64,000 bases of DNA, from NCBI GenBank assembly GCA_965277715.1, contig OZ255836.1, forward strand, positions 4,096,001 to 4,160,000. The letters run 5' to 3'. Shown here in pieces: positions 20,944 to 32,290 of this stretch (within the stretch, counting starts at the first letter, position 1; the number at the start of each line of letters is the position of its first letter). Both the position numbers and the translations under genes were made by a program. The stretch comes from Gammaproteobacteria bacterium (GTDB lineage Bacteria > Pseudomonadota > Gammaproteobacteria > JBCCGL01). The notes beneath the pieces are model-generated. The model made no database searches. It saw nothing but the letters and a program-made list of their open reading frames with translations, and had not been told where the DNA came from.

Positions 20944-22791
20944 ATGAGTCGGCGTGACCCCATTCGCAACCATGTGCTTGAAGGCGCGCTGTTTAGGCGG
21001 CGGGTCATTATTTCGCTGTTGTTTGGTCTGCTGCTGGTGGGCGTACTGCTGACACGCTTGGCGTATTTGCAGTTAGTCAGTTTTGACCACTATTCGACAT
21101 TATCCACCAATAACCGTATGCGTTTGCAGGCTGTTGCCCCACCACGCGGTTTAATTTTTGACCGCAATGGTGTTGTGCTGGCTGAAAATCTGCCCACCTA
21201 TCGACTGGAGATAACCCCTGAGGAAGTCGGTGATATGGATGAGACCCTGGAGGAACTTGCCGGGGTAGTCGATGTTTCCAAGCGTGAAGTGCAACGCTTT
21301 CGCAAAGCACTCAAGCGTGCGCGCCCGTTTGAAGATATTCCGCTGCTGTTTAATCTCAGCGATGAACAAGTGGCACGCATAGCGGCGGTGCGCCATCAGT
21401 TTCCCGGTGTTGAAATTAGTGCGCGTTTGAGCCGTCACTACCCCCAGAACGCTGTTGCCGGGCACACGATCGGTTATGTTGGGCGTATCGATGAGCGCGA
21501 GCTTAAGGCAGTCGATCAAACCAACTATGCGGCGACTAACCATATTGGTAAAGTTGGTATCGAAAAGTATTACGAGGAGCGTTTGCACGGCAAGGTTGGT
21601 TACCAGCGTGTTGAAGTGAACGTCGCGGGGCGCGTATTGCGGGTGCTTGAAGAGCAGGCGCCTATCGCCGGGCAAAACTTACACTTAACGCTGGATATTG
21701 CCCTGCAAAAAACAGCCGAGCAGGCAATGGGTGAACACAGCGGATCGGTGGTAGTGCTCGACCCTGAGAACGGCGATATATTAGCGATTGTCAGTCAGCC
21801 GACCTTTGATCCCAATTTGTTTGTCAATGGTATTTCACACGAAAACTACGCGATACTGCGCAATGACAAAGCGCAGCCACTCTTTAACCGGGCATTGACC
21901 GGGCAGTACCCACCTGGCTCGACGATCAAGCCGATTATTGGCCTGGCCGGGTTAAGCAGCAAAGTGCAAAAACCCCGGCAGCGTATCTTTTGCCCTGGCC
22001 GCTATTCGCTACCTAACGATGAGCGCAAATACCGGGACTGGAAAAAGACAGGGCATGGCTCTGTGAATCTCACTGACGCCATTACCCAATCCTGCGATGT
22101 ATTGTTTTACGATATGGCGTTGCGGATGGGGATCGACCGCATTTCGCCCGTACTGGAAATCTTTGGTTTGGGCACGGCAACCGGGGTCGATACCACGGGC
22201 GAGGCAGACGGTATACTGCCATCGCGGCAATGGAAAAATGCCGTTAAAGGGCAGTCCTGGTTTCCTGGTGAAACCCTGATTACGGGCATTGGGCAGGGGT
22301 ATATGCTGGTGACGCCTCTGCAACTGGCCAGCGCGACGGCTATGTTGGCAACACGGGGGGAACGGGTCAAGCCCCGCCTGTTGTACCGTGTACAGGCGTC
22401 TGCGGATGAATCGGTAGAGATGCAGGCTCCCACTGCGCCGGTCAAGGTGGGGGTATTTGACGCGGCACATTGGGAGTATATTCACAAGGCGATGGTGGAC
22501 GTTGCCCACACCCCCCGTGGAACGGCGTATCGTGCCAACCGTGGGACCACTTATCGCGTTGCGGCGAAAACGGGTACGGCGCAGGTATTTGGCATCGCCC
22601 AGGATGCAAAGTATGAAGCGGACAAACTCAGCAGAAAACTGCGTGATCACGCTGTGTATATTGCCTACGCCCCCGCCGATGCACCGCGTATTGCCATTGC
22701 GGTAATTGTTGAACACGGTGGTAGTGGTGGTAGCGTTGCCGGCCCGATAGCCCGTGAGGTAATGGATGCTTATCTGGTTGGCCAGCATTAG
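20944..22791 (+). CDS. mrdA: Penicillin-binding protein 2
   Basis: PPRGLIFDRNG, YPPGSTIK (SxxK), SCD (SxD), KTGTAQ. Confidence 0.97.
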   Translation: MSRRDPIRNHVLEGALFRRRVIISLLFGLLLVGVLLTRLAYLQLVSFDHYSTLSTNNRMRLQAVAPPRGLIFDRNGVVLAENLPTYRLEITPEEVGDMDETLEELAGVVDVSKREVQRFRKALKRARPFEDIPLLFNLSDEQVARIAAVRHQFPGVEISARLSRHYPQNAVAGHTIGYVGRIDERELKAVDQTNYAATNHIGKVGIEKYYEERLHGKVGYQRVEVNVAGRVLRVLEEQAPIAGQNLHLTLDIALQKTAEQAMGEHSGSVVVLDPENGDILAIVSQPTFDPNLFVNGISHENYAILRNDKAQPLFNRALTGQYPPGSTIKPIIGLAGLSSKVQKPRQRIFCPGRYSLPNDERKYRDWKKTGHGSVNLTDAITQSCDVLFYDMALRMGIDRISPVLEIFGLGTATGVDTTGEADGILPSRQWKNAVKGQSWFPGETLITGIGQGYMLVTPLQLASATAMLATRGERVKPRLLYRVQASADESVEMQAPTAPVKVGVFDAAHWEYIHKAMVDVAHTPRGTAYRANRGTTYRVAAKTGTAQVFGIAQDAKYEADKLSRKLRDHAVYIAYAPADAPRIAIAVIVEHGGSGGSVAGPIAREVMDAYLVGQH

Positions 22792-22931
22792 CGGGCCGGA
22801 ATTAATTCAGTTGAACCATGGTGAGAACACTTTACCTTCAGTGTATTGACATCTAAATGTGTGAAGTAAACTCAACTTATTGGTTTAGCGTTAAATGACA
22901 ATCTGTTTTTAGCACTGTGGGTGAATAACCT

Positions 22932-24062
22932 TTGTTTCGAAATGAACCATTAAACCAACGGCGTCATCCGGCGGCGGCCCGTATGTTAGGTGCTTTGCCC
23001 CGGCTGGACTATGTACTGTTATACAGTTTACTGGCGCTGGCGTTGGTCGGCTTAACCGTGCTGTATAGCGCATCCGGGCATGATCTCGATCAGATAATGC
23101 GCCAGTGCATACGTCTGGGTATTGGTTTTGTGGTTATGCTGCTCATTGCGTACATCAACCCGGATACCCTGCGTTTTTGGTCTCCCTGGTGCTATTTGCT
23201 GGGTTTGTTGATGTTAGTTGCTGTGCTGTTTTTTGGTGAAGTGGGCAAGGGTGCACAACGCTGGCTGGATATTGGTGTGATGCGCTTTCAGCCTTCTGAA
23301 TTGATGAAACTGGCGGTGCCGATGATGGTGGCTTGGTTTGTCAGCGAGCGCCCGTTACCCCCTAAATTTTTATGGTTGCTGGGGGCCTGCAGTCTGGTCG
23401 TGGTGCCCGCACTGCTCATCGCCCGGCAGCCGGATCTGGGCACTGCTTTACTGGTCGCCAGCGCCGGTTTTTTCGTGTTGTTTTTAGCGGGGATGCGCTG
23501 GCGGGTACTGCTTGGTGTCGTGGTTACGACAGCGGCAGGTATGCCTGTTCTGTGGCATTTTATGCACGACTACCAGCGCACTCGGGTGATGACACTACTG
23601 AACCCGGAATCCGATCCACTGGGGGCGGGTTACCACATCATACAATCAAAAATTGCCGTGGGCAGTGGCGGTGTTTTTGGCAAGGGTTGGCTCAACGGCA
23701 CGCAATCGCACCTGGATTTTTTACCCGAGCGATCCACCGACTTTATTTTTGCTGTGTTTGGCGAAGAGTTTGGCTTTATCGGTGCAGTGGCGCTCATTGC
23801 GTTATACCTGTTTATTATTGCGCGTGGTCTGTATATTGCCTCTACCGCCCAGGGCAGTTATGCCCGTTTATTAGCGGGCAGCTTATCACTCACTTTTTTT
23901 ATTTATTTACTGGTGAATATTGGTATGGTTATCGGCCTGTTGCCCGTGGTGGGTGTGCCGTTACCCATGATCAGCTACGGCGGCACATCGGTAGTGACGT
24001 TGATGGCGGGTTTCGGTATTCTTATGTCGGCCCAGGCACACAAACGATTACTTTCTGAATAA
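22932..24062 (+). CDS. rodA: Rod shape-determining SEDS protein RodA
   Basis: GAQRW, FQPSE, QPDLGT, GYHIIQS, TDFIF, GVPLPMISYGG. Confidence 0.97.
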   Translation: MFRNEPLNQRRHPAAARMLGALPRLDYVLLYSLLALALVGLTVLYSASGHDLDQIMRQCIRLGIGFVVMLLIAYINPDTLRFWSPWCYLLGLLMLVAVLFFGEVGKGAQRWLDIGVMRFQPSELMKLAVPMMVAWFVSERPLPPKFLWLLGACSLVVVPALLIARQPDLGTALLVASAGFFVLFLAGMRWRVLLGVVVTTAAGMPVLWHFMHDYQRTRVMTLLNPESDPLGAGYHIIQSKIAVGSGGVFGKGWLNGTQSHLDFLPERSTDFIFAVFGEEFGFIGAVALIALYLFIIARGLYIASTAQGSYARLLAGSLSLTFFIYLLVNIGMVIGLLPVVGVPLPMISYGGTSVVTLMAGFGILMSAQAHKRLLSE

Positions 24063-24077
24063 ACGGTACAGCTTCTT

Positions 24078-25064
24078 ATGCGATCTACCTCATTGTTATT
24101 ATGTTTATGTCTATGTTCTTGGATCACCGGGGCACATGCCGACTATTCCAATAACGATAAAGCACGGCAATTTATCACGGATATTACTGCCAGACACTCG
24201 CTCAATGCCGCCGAGCTTAGAGGGTTGTTTAAACAGATAGAACGACAGGACAGTGTTATCAAGGCTATTTCCCGGCCCGCTGAACGCGTGTTGAAATGGA
24301 AGGGCTACCGGCCTATTTTTATTACCGATAAACGCATTGCGGCAGGTGTAAAATTTTGGCGTGAACACCGTGAACTGCTCGATAAAGTTGAGCGGGAATA
24401 CGGTGTTCCCAGTGAAATTATTGTGGCCATTATCGGTGTCGAAACCTTCTTTGGCCGTTATAAAGGCAAGTACTCTGCACTCGCCTCGCTGGCCACATTG
24501 GCATTTGACTACCCACCGCGCAGCAAATTTTTTCGCAGCGAACTGGAGCAGTTTTTACTGTTGGTAAAAGAGGAGTCACTCGATCCTCTGGCGGTCAAAG
24601 GCTCGTATGCCGCCGCGATGGGAATGCCGCAGTTTATATCCAGTAGCTACCGCGAGTATGCCGTCGATTTTGATGGCGATGGCCGCCGCGATCTGTGGAA
24701 TAACATCGCCGATGTCACCGGGAGCGTGGCCAACTATTTTCGCCGTCACGGCTGGCAACGGGGGCAGCCGATTGCCGAAAAGGTCAGCCCGGACGGCGAA
24801 CGCTATAAACCGTTGATTGCTAAAAAACTCAAACCCACTGTCAGTAATGCCCAGTTACAGGCGGCGGGCATCGAATTAAAACAACCATCAAAGGGCGATA
24901 AGTCGCTGTACCGTTTGATTGGCAGCAAAGGTGAGGAACTATGGGTTGGCCACAAAAATTTTTATGTCATCACCCGCTACAACCACAGCAAACTTTACGC
25001 GATGGCGGTATTTCAACTCAGTCAGCGTATCGCGGCGGCAATGGCCTCGCCATCAGCTAACTGA
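24078..25064 (+). CDS. mltB: Lytic murein transglycosylase B
   Basis: IIGVETFFG, GSYAAAMGMPQF, DFDGDGRRDL EF-hand, ITRYNHS. Confidence 0.95.
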   Translation: MRSTSLLLCLCLCSWITGAHADYSNNDKARQFITDITARHSLNAAELRGLFKQIERQDSVIKAISRPAERVLKWKGYRPIFITDKRIAAGVKFWREHRELLDKVEREYGVPSEIIVAIIGVETFFGRYKGKYSALASLATLAFDYPPRSKFFRSELEQFLLLVKEESLDPLAVKGSYAAAMGMPQFISSSYREYAVDFDGDGRRDLWNNIADVTGSVANYFRRHGWQRGQPIAEKVSPDGERYKPLIAKKLKPTVSNAQLQAAGIELKQPSKGDKSLYRLIGSKGEELWVGHKNFYVITRYNHSKLYAMAVFQLSQRIAAAMASPSAN

Positions 25065-25082
25065 TCAAATAATAGTGAAACC

Positions 25083-26024
25083 GTGAAATCGCTTCTCTTA
25101 CAAAAATGCCCGCTAAGCTGTAGAGCGTGTCTTAAAAGTGCCCCACCCTCAGAGCGAGGGGTTGGGGTGAGGAACTTTTCCGACATCCTCTGTGCGGGAG
25201 TGGCGGGGTTTCTGCTCGTTGCGGTACTGCTGTTGGGTGCCTGCTCGACTACCGATGTAGGTAATGTCGATGAAGATAAAGATGGGCCGGGTGGCCATGT
25301 TGATGCCGATGCAGTTGACGACGCTATAGCACGGCGGGAACCGTTTAGCCGCTATGGTAACCCCCCTTCTTATGAAGTAAACGGTGTTCGCTATACCGTG
25401 CTGGACAGCAATAAGGGTTATGTGGAAAAGGGCAATGCCTCCTGGTATGGGAAGAAATTTCATGGCCGCAGAACCTCCAGTGGCGAGGTGTTTGATATGT
25501 ACAAGGCGACGGCGGCACACCGCAGTTTGCCATTGCCGACCTATGCGTATGTCACCAACCTCGACAATGGCAAGACACTGCTGGTTAAAATCAATGACCG
25601 TGGCCCTTTTCACAGTGACCGTATCATCGACTTATCCTATGCAGCGGCGGTAAAACTTGGCTTTGCCAATGCCGGTATTGGTCATGTGGAGGTACGCGCT
25701 ATTAATTTTGATCAGGCATCGGCAAAAGCCCCTCCGGCCACTGATGAAACACCCGGCACTGCCCGCGTACCACTCCCCGCAACGCCCCAACAGACGTACA
25801 TACAGATAGGTGCTTTCAAATACCGGGTGAATGCACAGGCAGCCGGTGAGCGTTTGCAAGCGGCTGGGTTTTCTGCGGTATCTGTTGACCAGGCGCAATC
25901 GCTAAACGGTGACCCACTCTACAAAGTGCGCATGGGGCCTTATGACAGCCTGGCGGAAACGGACGCGGTTATCAGCCAGTTGCAGGCGGCGGGAATAACC
26001 GGCTTTAGCCTGCTGGATAATTAA
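25083..26024 (+). CDS. rlpA: Septal lytic transglycosylase lipoprotein RlpA (true start probably further downstream)
   Basis: Lipobox LLGAC, ASWYG..FHG, AAHRSLPLP, INDRGPF, C-terminal SPOR domain. Confidence 0.93.
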   Translation: MKSLLLQKCPLSCRACLKSAPPSERGVGVRNFSDILCAGVAGFLLVAVLLLGACSTTDVGNVDEDKDGPGGHVDADAVDDAIARREPFSRYGNPPSYEVNGVRYTVLDSNKGYVEKGNASWYGKKFHGRRTSSGEVFDMYKATAAHRSLPLPTYAYVTNLDNGKTLLVKINDRGPFHSDRIIDLSYAAAVKLGFANAGIGHVEVRAINFDQASAKAPPATDETPGTARVPLPATPQQTYIQIGAFKYRVNAQAAGERLQAAGFSAVSVDQAQSLNGDPLYKVRMGPYDSLAETDAVISQLQAAGITGFSLLDN

Positions 26025-27202
26025 TGAAATACAAGAGGGTATTCAGTTTTACTATGTACTTTTTGACTCGACCATTTTATTTTCTTGTCGCACTTGGCGT
26101 CATATTTACGCCCTTATTTGCCGTTGCTGCGCTACCGGCACCGGCTGCCCCCAAGATCGCTGCCATCAGTTATCTGCTGTTGGATTTTAACAGCAGTGCA
26201 GTGATTGCCGGAGAGAACATCGATATCAAAGTAGAGCCTGCCAGCCTGACCAAAATGATGACGGCATATATCGTTTACAGCGAACTGGCGAGTGGCAGCT
26301 TATCCAAAAATGATGTGGTATTAATCAGTGAAAAAGCCTGGCGTATGGGTGGGTCACGCATGTTCATCGAAGTGGACAGCCAGGTGTCGATCAACAATTT
26401 GGTGCGTGGTCTCATTGTGCAATCGGGTAACGATGCGAGTGTCGCGCTGGCTGAGGCTATCGCGGGTAGCGAGCAGCAGTTTGCAGTGTATATGAATGAC
26501 TATGCCAAAAAACTGGGCATGAGCGGTTCACACTTTGTCAACAGCACCGGGCTACCGGATGAACAGCACTACACTACGGCGCGTGATATGGGGCTGCTGG
26601 CCCAGGCGTTGATTCGCGATTTTCCCGATGAATATAAACTCTACGCCGAGCGTGAATTTACCTACAACAACATTCGCCAATACAACCGCAACAAATTGTT
26701 GTGGCGTGATAAAACGGTCGATGGCATTAAAACCGGGCATACCCAGAGCGCGGGATACTGCCTGGTCGCCTCTGCACTGCGCAATGATATGCGCATTATC
26801 TCCATAGTGTTGGGCGCTAACAGCGATAAATCCCGCAACAATGAAAGCCAGCGGTTGCTCGAATATGGCTTTCGTTTTTTCCAGACAAAACACCTTTACA
26901 GCAAAGACCAAATACTGGAATCACCGCGTATCTGGAAAGGCGAAGTAGACGTATTACCGCTAGGGTTGGCAGAGGATTTATACATCACCCTGCCGAGCAG
27001 TCACAAGGGAGCGCTGAAGACATCATTGCAATACGATAATGACATTATTGCACCGGTCGCGGCGGGGCAGATGGTAGGGGTATTACAGGTTACCTCTGGT
27101 GACGAGCTCATTGCCGAGCGGCCACTGGTCGCATTGACAGGGGTGGCAGAGGGTAGCTTTTTGGGGCGCATGGTGGATACCGTGTTGCGCTACTTCTACT
27201 GA
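26024..27202 (+). CDS. dacC: D-alanyl-D-alanine carboxypeptidase (PBP5/6 family)
   Basis: PASLTK, SGN and KTG motifs. Confidence 0.92.
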   Translation: MKYKRVFSFTMYFLTRPFYFLVALGVIFTPLFAVAALPAPAAPKIAAISYLLLDFNSSAVIAGENIDIKVEPASLTKMMTAYIVYSELASGSLSKNDVVLISEKAWRMGGSRMFIEVDSQVSINNLVRGLIVQSGNDASVALAEAIAGSEQQFAVYMNDYAKKLGMSGSHFVNSTGLPDEQHYTTARDMGLLAQALIRDFPDEYKLYAEREFTYNNIRQYNRNKLLWRDKTVDGIKTGHTQSAGYCLVASALRNDMRIISIVLGANSDKSRNNESQRLLEYGFRFFQTKHLYSKDQILESPRIWKGEVDVLPLGLAEDLYITLPSSHKGALKTSLQYDNDIIAPVAAGQMVGVLQVTSGDELIAERPLVALTGVAEGSFLGRMVDTVLRYFY

Positions 27203-27243
27203 AAAACACAGTGTTAATCGATTAAATGGCTGAGTGATATACC

Positions 27244-28107
27244 GTGACAACTGATTCCCCCGCGTACTTTAATGGTGCCTTTTTACCTTTATCCCAGGTG
27301 AGCATTTCACCGCTGGACCGTGGCTTTTTATTTGGTGATGGCGTCTATGAAGTCATTCCCGCCTACGGTCGGCAGTGCCTCGCTCTCGATGCACACCTCG
27401 ACCGGCTGGCAGACAGCCTGGCGGGTATTGCTTTAAACAATCCCCACACCCATGCGCAATGGCGCGGGATTCTGCAACGGCTGGTCGATGCAGAACCCGC
27501 CATCGACAAGAAACTCTACCTACAGGTGACACGCGGTGTACAGGTGGTGCGCCACCACGATTTTAATGGCGATGAACAAGCCACCGTGTTTGCTATGTGC
27601 TCGCCGCAGGCAGCACCGACTGACGCCGTATTGGAAACCGGCGTTAGCGTCTACACACAAGCGGAAATGCGCTGGGCGCACTGCAACCTGAAAGCCATTT
27701 CACTACTACCGAATATACTGCTTAAACACGCCTCTTCACAGCGCGGCGGCGCAGAGACCCTGGTACTCAAAGGTGACCGTGTGATTGAAGGCTCGTCCAG
27801 CAACGTATTCATCGTCACCGGTGGGGTAATACACACCCCGACTATCGGTACTGAAATACTCCCCGGTGTTACCCGCACTTTATTGATTGATATGGCCGGA
27901 GCATTGGGTTTTCAGGTAATACAGGCTGACGTACTGCTCGCGGACCTGATGCGTGCAGATGAAGTGTGGGTCAGCAGCTCCACCCGGGGGGTTATCGCAG
28001 TCACGCGTGTCGATGACATCACCATCGGCGACGGCAGGCCGGGGCCGGTGTGGAAACAACTGTACGATCGATACGCCCAACTGCTCGATAGCCTGCGCAA
28101 TGGCTGA
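27244..28107 (+). CDS. dat: D-amino acid aminotransferase
   Basis: DRGFLFGDGVYEV, YLQVTRG, RW..CNLKAISLL, EGSSSN, ILPGVTR; dac-ybeD context. Confidence 0.85.
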   Translation: MTTDSPAYFNGAFLPLSQVSISPLDRGFLFGDGVYEVIPAYGRQCLALDAHLDRLADSLAGIALNNPHTHAQWRGILQRLVDAEPAIDKKLYLQVTRGVQVVRHHDFNGDEQATVFAMCSPQAAPTDAVLETGVSVYTQAEMRWAHCNLKAISLLPNILLKHASSQRGGAETLVLKGDRVIEGSSSNVFIVTGGVIHTPTIGTEILPGVTRTLLIDMAGALGFQVIQADVLLADLMRADEVWVSSSTRGVIAVTRVDDITIGDGRPGPVWKQLYDRYAQLLDSLRNG

Positions 28108-28366
28108 AGAAGAGACACTGCTCGAATTCCCCTGCCAGTTTTCAGTTAAAGCGATGGGCATCAACAGCCCCGATTTTAACCCGCTGATATATCAACTGGT
28201 TGCCAGCCATGTCAGCGGTTTGACAATGGGCGCACTGACCAGCAAGCCGAGCAGCAAGGGCAAATACACCTCGGTAACCGTCACCTTCACCGCCACCAGC
28301 AAAGCGCAGCTAGACACCATCTACCGGGCGCTAAGTGGCCATGAAAAGGTATTGATGGCACTCTAA
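28100..28366 (+). CDS. ybeD: YbeD/DUF493 family protein
   Basis: LLEFPC.FSVKAMG and SSKGKYTSVT; start re-called to ATG 28100. Confidence 0.92.
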   Translation: MAEEETLLEFPCQFSVKAMGINSPDFNPLIYQLVASHVSGLTMGALTSKPSSKGKYTSVTVTFTATSKAQLDTIYRALSGHEKVLMAL

Positions 28367-29031
28367 TGCCTACACTTAACTGCCGTCGCCTGGCGTGCGT
28401 ACCCTACAGCGAGGCATGGCGGGCGATGCAGGCATTCACCGATAACCGCCACCCTGAATCTGATGATGAATGCTGGCTGCTCGAACACCCACCGGTCTAT
28501 ACCCTTGGGCAGGCGGGGCGCCGCGAACATATACACAACACAACCGGTATTCCGGTGGTGGAAAGTGATCGTGGTGGCCAGGTCACCTACCACGGCCCAG
28601 GCCAGCTTGTACTCTACACCCTCTTCGACCTGCGCAGGCTCGGTATTGGTGTGCGCAACCTGGTTATCCGCCTGGAAAACACCGTGATTCAACTACTGCA
28701 GCAGCAGGGCATTCACGCTGCAGGTCGGCGTGATGCGCCCGGTGTCTATGTCGATAAGGCAAAAATTGCCGCGCTCGGTTTACGTGTGCGCAAGGGGTGT
28801 TGTTACCACGGGCTGTCACTTAACGCACACATGGACCTCACCCCGTTTGCCGGTATCAATCCCTGTGGTTACCCTGGCTTGCGCGTTACCCAATTGTGTG
28901 ACCTGGGTGTCAACACCACACTGGATGACATCGGTGGGCAACTCATCGACTGCCTGGCGGTCGAATTTGGCTACAATGTCGCCAGACCTTTTACTTCCCA
29001 CTGGCCGTCCATCGCTCAGGAAACCCTATGA
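28366..29031 (+). CDS. lipB: Octanoyltransferase
   Basis: [35 protein letters not shown]. Confidence 0.97.
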   Translation: MPTLNCRRLACVPYSEAWRAMQAFTDNRHPESDDECWLLEHPPVYTLGQAGRREHIHNTTGIPVVESDRGGQVTYHGPGQLVLYTLFDLRRLGIGVRNLVIRLENTVIQLLQQQGIHAAGRRDAPGVYVDKAKIAALGLRVRKGCCYHGLSLNAHMDLTPFAGINPCGYPGLRVTQLCDLGVNTTLDDIGGQLIDCLAVEFGYNVARPFTSHWPSIAQETL

Positions 29032-29999
29032 ACAGCTATACCGCTCCCTCACGCACAGACACAGACAAGCACCAGCGTGGCGCTGACAAGCTATCGCGTA
29101 TACCAGTAAAAATAGCGCGCAGTGACGGCCCGCTGCTACGCAAACCCAACTGGATTCGCGCCAAAGCCCACACCCACCCGCGTGTTAAAGAAATCAAACG
29201 GATTATGCGGGAGCAAAAACTGCACTCAGTGTGCGAAGAGGCCAACTGCCCTAACCTGGGCGAATGTTTTAGCCACGGCACTGCAACCTTTATGATTATG
29301 GGGGACATCTGCACCCGGCGTTGCCCGTTCTGTGATGTATCGCATGGTCGCCCCGACCCGTTGGATGCAGACGAGCCGCGCAGGCTGGGGCAGACAATTG
29401 CGACGATGGGGCTCAGTTATGTCGTCATCACCTCGGTTGACCGCGATGATCTGCGCGATGGTGGGGCGGCGCATTTTGCCGACTGTATTCGTGAAACGCG
29501 TGCGGCCAGCCCGGCTATCCAGATTGAAGTGCTGGTGCCGGATTTTCGGGGGCGGCTCGAAAAAGCGCTGGATGCATTGTCGGCAATGCCAGCGGACGTG
29601 TTCAATCACAACCTTGAAACCGTTCCACACTTATACCGTGCTGCGCGGCCAGGGTCTGATTACCAGTGGTCGTTAAATTTATTGAAGGCACACCGTGTGC
29701 GTTTTCCCCGTGTGCCGTGTAAATCCGGTTTGATGCTGGGTTTGGGAGAAACCCTTGATGAAGTGCGGGAGGTCATGCGTGACCTGCGTGCACATGGCGT
29801 GGAAATGCTGACCTTGGGGCAGTATTTGCAACCATCGCGTGACCACCTGCCGGTTGCGCGTTTTGTCACGCCGGGTGAGTTTGACCAGCTTGCGGTGGAG
29901 GGGGAGGTGATGGGGTTTACCCATGTGGCGAGTGGGCCGATGGTGCGCTCTTCTTATCATGCCGATATTCAGGCGGCGGAGGTGTTGCGGGAGGCGTGA
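29028..29999 (+). CDS. lipA: Lipoyl synthase
   Basis: [24 protein letters not shown]. Confidence 0.98.
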   Translation: MNSYTAPSRTDTDKHQRGADKLSRIPVKIARSDGPLLRKPNWIRAKAHTHPRVKEIKRIMREQKLHSVCEEANCPNLGECFSHGTATFMIMGDICTRRCPFCDVSHGRPDPLDADEPRRLGQTIATMGLSYVVITSVDRDDLRDGGAAHFADCIRETRAASPAIQIEVLVPDFRGRLEKALDALSAMPADVFNHNLETVPHLYRAARPGSDYQWSLNLLKAHRVRFPRVPCKSGLMLGLGETLDEVREVMRDLRAHGVEMLTLGQYLQPSRDHLPVARFVTPGEFDQLAVEGEVMGFTHVASGPMVRSSYHADIQAAEVLREA

Positions 30000-30031
30000 G
30001 TGGTGCTGGCGGTAGAATGTAGGGTTGCGGG

Positions 30032-31996
30032 CTAACCCTGCAAACCCGCAGTAAATGTTTCAAGGTCATGCCGAATGTCGTCAATAAACTGTTCGACAAT
30101 GGGCAGTTGTTGATTAGTGTACTGTGTTGCCTGGTCGACATTTTCGTAAGTATTACTGTGTGCATAAATATATAACAGAGCATTTTTTATAACAGCACCG
30201 AGAATAATTTGCGTCGCAAACAGGTTATTGCTGTTGTGTACACAAAAATAAATCGCATCCAATGTGTCAATAATATCAGCTCTGTCTACACAGGGTGTTT
30301 GGGTCTGCCGCTGGATAGCGCGCTGAACCGATTTAATCTCTGTACACATTTTCCCCATGCCATCAGTAAAGTGCTTCAGCGAGTAAGACGAACGTGAAAA
30401 ACAGGACGCGATAGCGTTGCGGACACGCGCACGGGGAACCGAAGCAGTGGGTAGCAGCAGTGCATTTGCCGCGAGGCTATGCGTACCACTGATGTAGGCA
30501 CCATCACTGCAGTTATAGACCTTTTGTGTAGGAAATACCGCCGTTGCCTGCGACAAGGTTTTTATACCCCAAGTGTAGAGGTCATTGCACAAAACAGCGC
30601 CGCCAAAATTCCCCGCCACTTCACTGTCGGTAATGGGTTTATAGGCCGCCATAGTGGCGTCTTTTTCTGTCATTTCGTAGATCGTGCCATCGGCATGGTG
30701 CTTGCCGGCTGATTTCATGCCCATATCCACGCCAAACAGGTAGATCGATTTAAACCCTAATGTGAGTGCCAATACGCTGCCAAAATTGGCCGCTACCGGG
30801 TGCGTATAAGATAAGCGCGGTAGTGCAACGGGAAACAGGCTGCTGCCGCTGTCATCGTTCTTCAATGCCAGAGAGCAGGAGGCAAAATGGCGGCTGACTT
30901 CAGGGCAGACGACGTTGAGTGCAATCAGGTGGATTTGTTTGAGTTTTTCTGTCTGCGCCAATAGGGTCAGTGCGCGGTCAACATAGGGTAGGCGCTCCTG
31001 CTCAATATGGATATCCGGCACGATGTTGTGGTGTAGCAGGGCGCCAATAGCAGTACCGCAGGAGATGAGTATAACCTGCTCGCGGTGTTTGCGAAGGGTG
31101 GCTATCCGGGTATCGAGTGATGGCCCCGCCGCGACGATGAATACAGGAAAATTCCGGTATTTTTTTAATGCGCTATTGAGTAGTGGGTGCCGGTTGCGCA
31201 GGTTTTGTGCGGTGTGTTGTAGGCCTTGCTTTTCATCGTCATAAAAGCCAAAACCGCGTGCCGCCAAGGGTAGTATTTTTTTTAATTGCAAGCGTAGTTC
31301 TGTGTAGTAGTCACCGGCGATGTGATGAAAAAATAAATACTGCGTGGCGAATATCGGGCTGTGCTTACGTACACTGGTGAGTGTTTGCTCACAGGCGTGT
31401 TCGATATTGTCACCGAGGATAATATCGAGCTGATGGTGTGGCTTGATAAAGTGAGCAAATACCTGGCGCCAGTCGATGCAATAAAGCGAGGCCAATAAAA
31501 ATTCGACATTCGCTTCATACAGTACCAGGTGGCGCAATTTTAATTTTTTACTGAGATGTTCCAGGTGGTAGCCGGTGCCAATACCAAAACAAATTAATAA
31601 TGGGGTGTTGTGCCGGTCGTATTGATAGGCAGTAATCGCCTGCGGTATGTTTTTCTGCATAGGAATAATGTTTCGCAGAAAAGTATTTTGACAATTGGAG
31701 TCTGCTGAAGGTGCCAGTGGGTACAGCGCAAAAGAGTCCGGGTTTACCAGAAAATCATTAACCTGCTGTCGGCTGACGTGCCAGGGATCATCCGGGTACA
31801 CCGAGTGCCCGTGGGTTAATAAACGCATACCGTGTTCGCTTAGGTCGACCTGGGTATGCTGGAGGGTACGTTGCGCGATATGTGCATGTAGCGCGGGTTG
31901 GTGTAGCGAGAACTGCTGTAGGTTATCGATATAACGGCGTTGCATTTGCCCGGCCATTTGTTGCAGTTCATCGAGTGTCTGAGCGGTTGCAGCCAT
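30032..31996 (-). CDS. Maf-family (DUF115) flagellin glycosyltransferase-like protein
   Basis: FGIGTGYHL, IVAAGPSL, CGTA, PDIHIEQER, IYLFGVDMG, YNCSDGA; divergent from fliC. Confidence 0.85.
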   Translation of the reverse strand: MAATAQTLDELQQMAGQMQRRYIDNLQQFSLHQPALHAHIAQRTLQHTQVDLSEHGMRLLTHGHSVYPDDPWHVSRQQVNDFLVNPDSFALYPLAPSADSNCQNTFLRNIIPMQKNIPQAITAYQYDRHNTPLLICFGIGTGYHLEHLSKKLKLRHLVLYEANVEFLLASLYCIDWRQVFAHFIKPHHQLDIILGDNIEHACEQTLTSVRKHSPIFATQYLFFHHIAGDYYTELRLQLKKILPLAARGFGFYDDEKQGLQHTAQNLRNRHPLLNSALKKYRNFPVFIVAAGPSLDTRIATLRKHREQVILISCGTAIGALLHHNIVPDIHIEQERLPYVDRALTLLAQTEKLKQIHLIALNVVCPEVSRHFASCSLALKNDDSGSSLFPVALPRLSYTHPVAANFGSVLALTLGFKSIYLFGVDMGMKSAGKHHADGTIYEMTEKDATMAAYKPITDSEVAGNFGGAVLCNDLYTWGIKTLSQATAVFPTQKVYNCSDGAYISGTHSLAANALLLPTASVPRARVRNAIASCFSRSSYSLKHFTDGMGKMCTEIKSVQRAIQRQTQTPCVDRADIIDTLDAIYFCVHNSNNLFATQIILGAVIKNALLYIYAHSNTYENVDQATQYTNQQLPIVEQFIDDIRHDLETFTAGLQG

Positions 31997-32263
31997 TGTT
32001 TTCAGCCTTTTTTTACAGCGTGGGCTGTATGTTTTGGGTGCCGGTATGTTGTTGCAGGGCGTGGCGGATTATGTCCCCTCTCTGGCCGAAACCTGCCGCC
32101 TGGAAATACAACTCCTCTCTATTTTTAGCGTTGAAGTTATCGGTGTTGACGCCGTTATCTATCGCTGTGTTGGCTGTCGCCATATCGTTATCTGCCTGAT
32201 GAGGTTAACAACGTAAAGCAATTAGGTTGCCAGCCGTTCAATTGATCCGGGTCTTGATTGAGT

Positions 32264-32290
32264 TAAAGGTTTTTTACAGTGTGTCGATAC
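32264..32290 (+). promoter_or_regulatory. Sigma-28 (FliA) promoter of fliC
   Basis: TAAA-N15-GTCGATAC against the consensus TAAA-N15-GCCGATAA, about 105 bp upstream of the flagellin start. Confidence 0.75.

Noticed and set aside
32013-32183. 56-aa minus-strand ORF upstream of maf
   Set aside because: No recognisable motif or clear RBS, so it cannot be supported from sequence alone.
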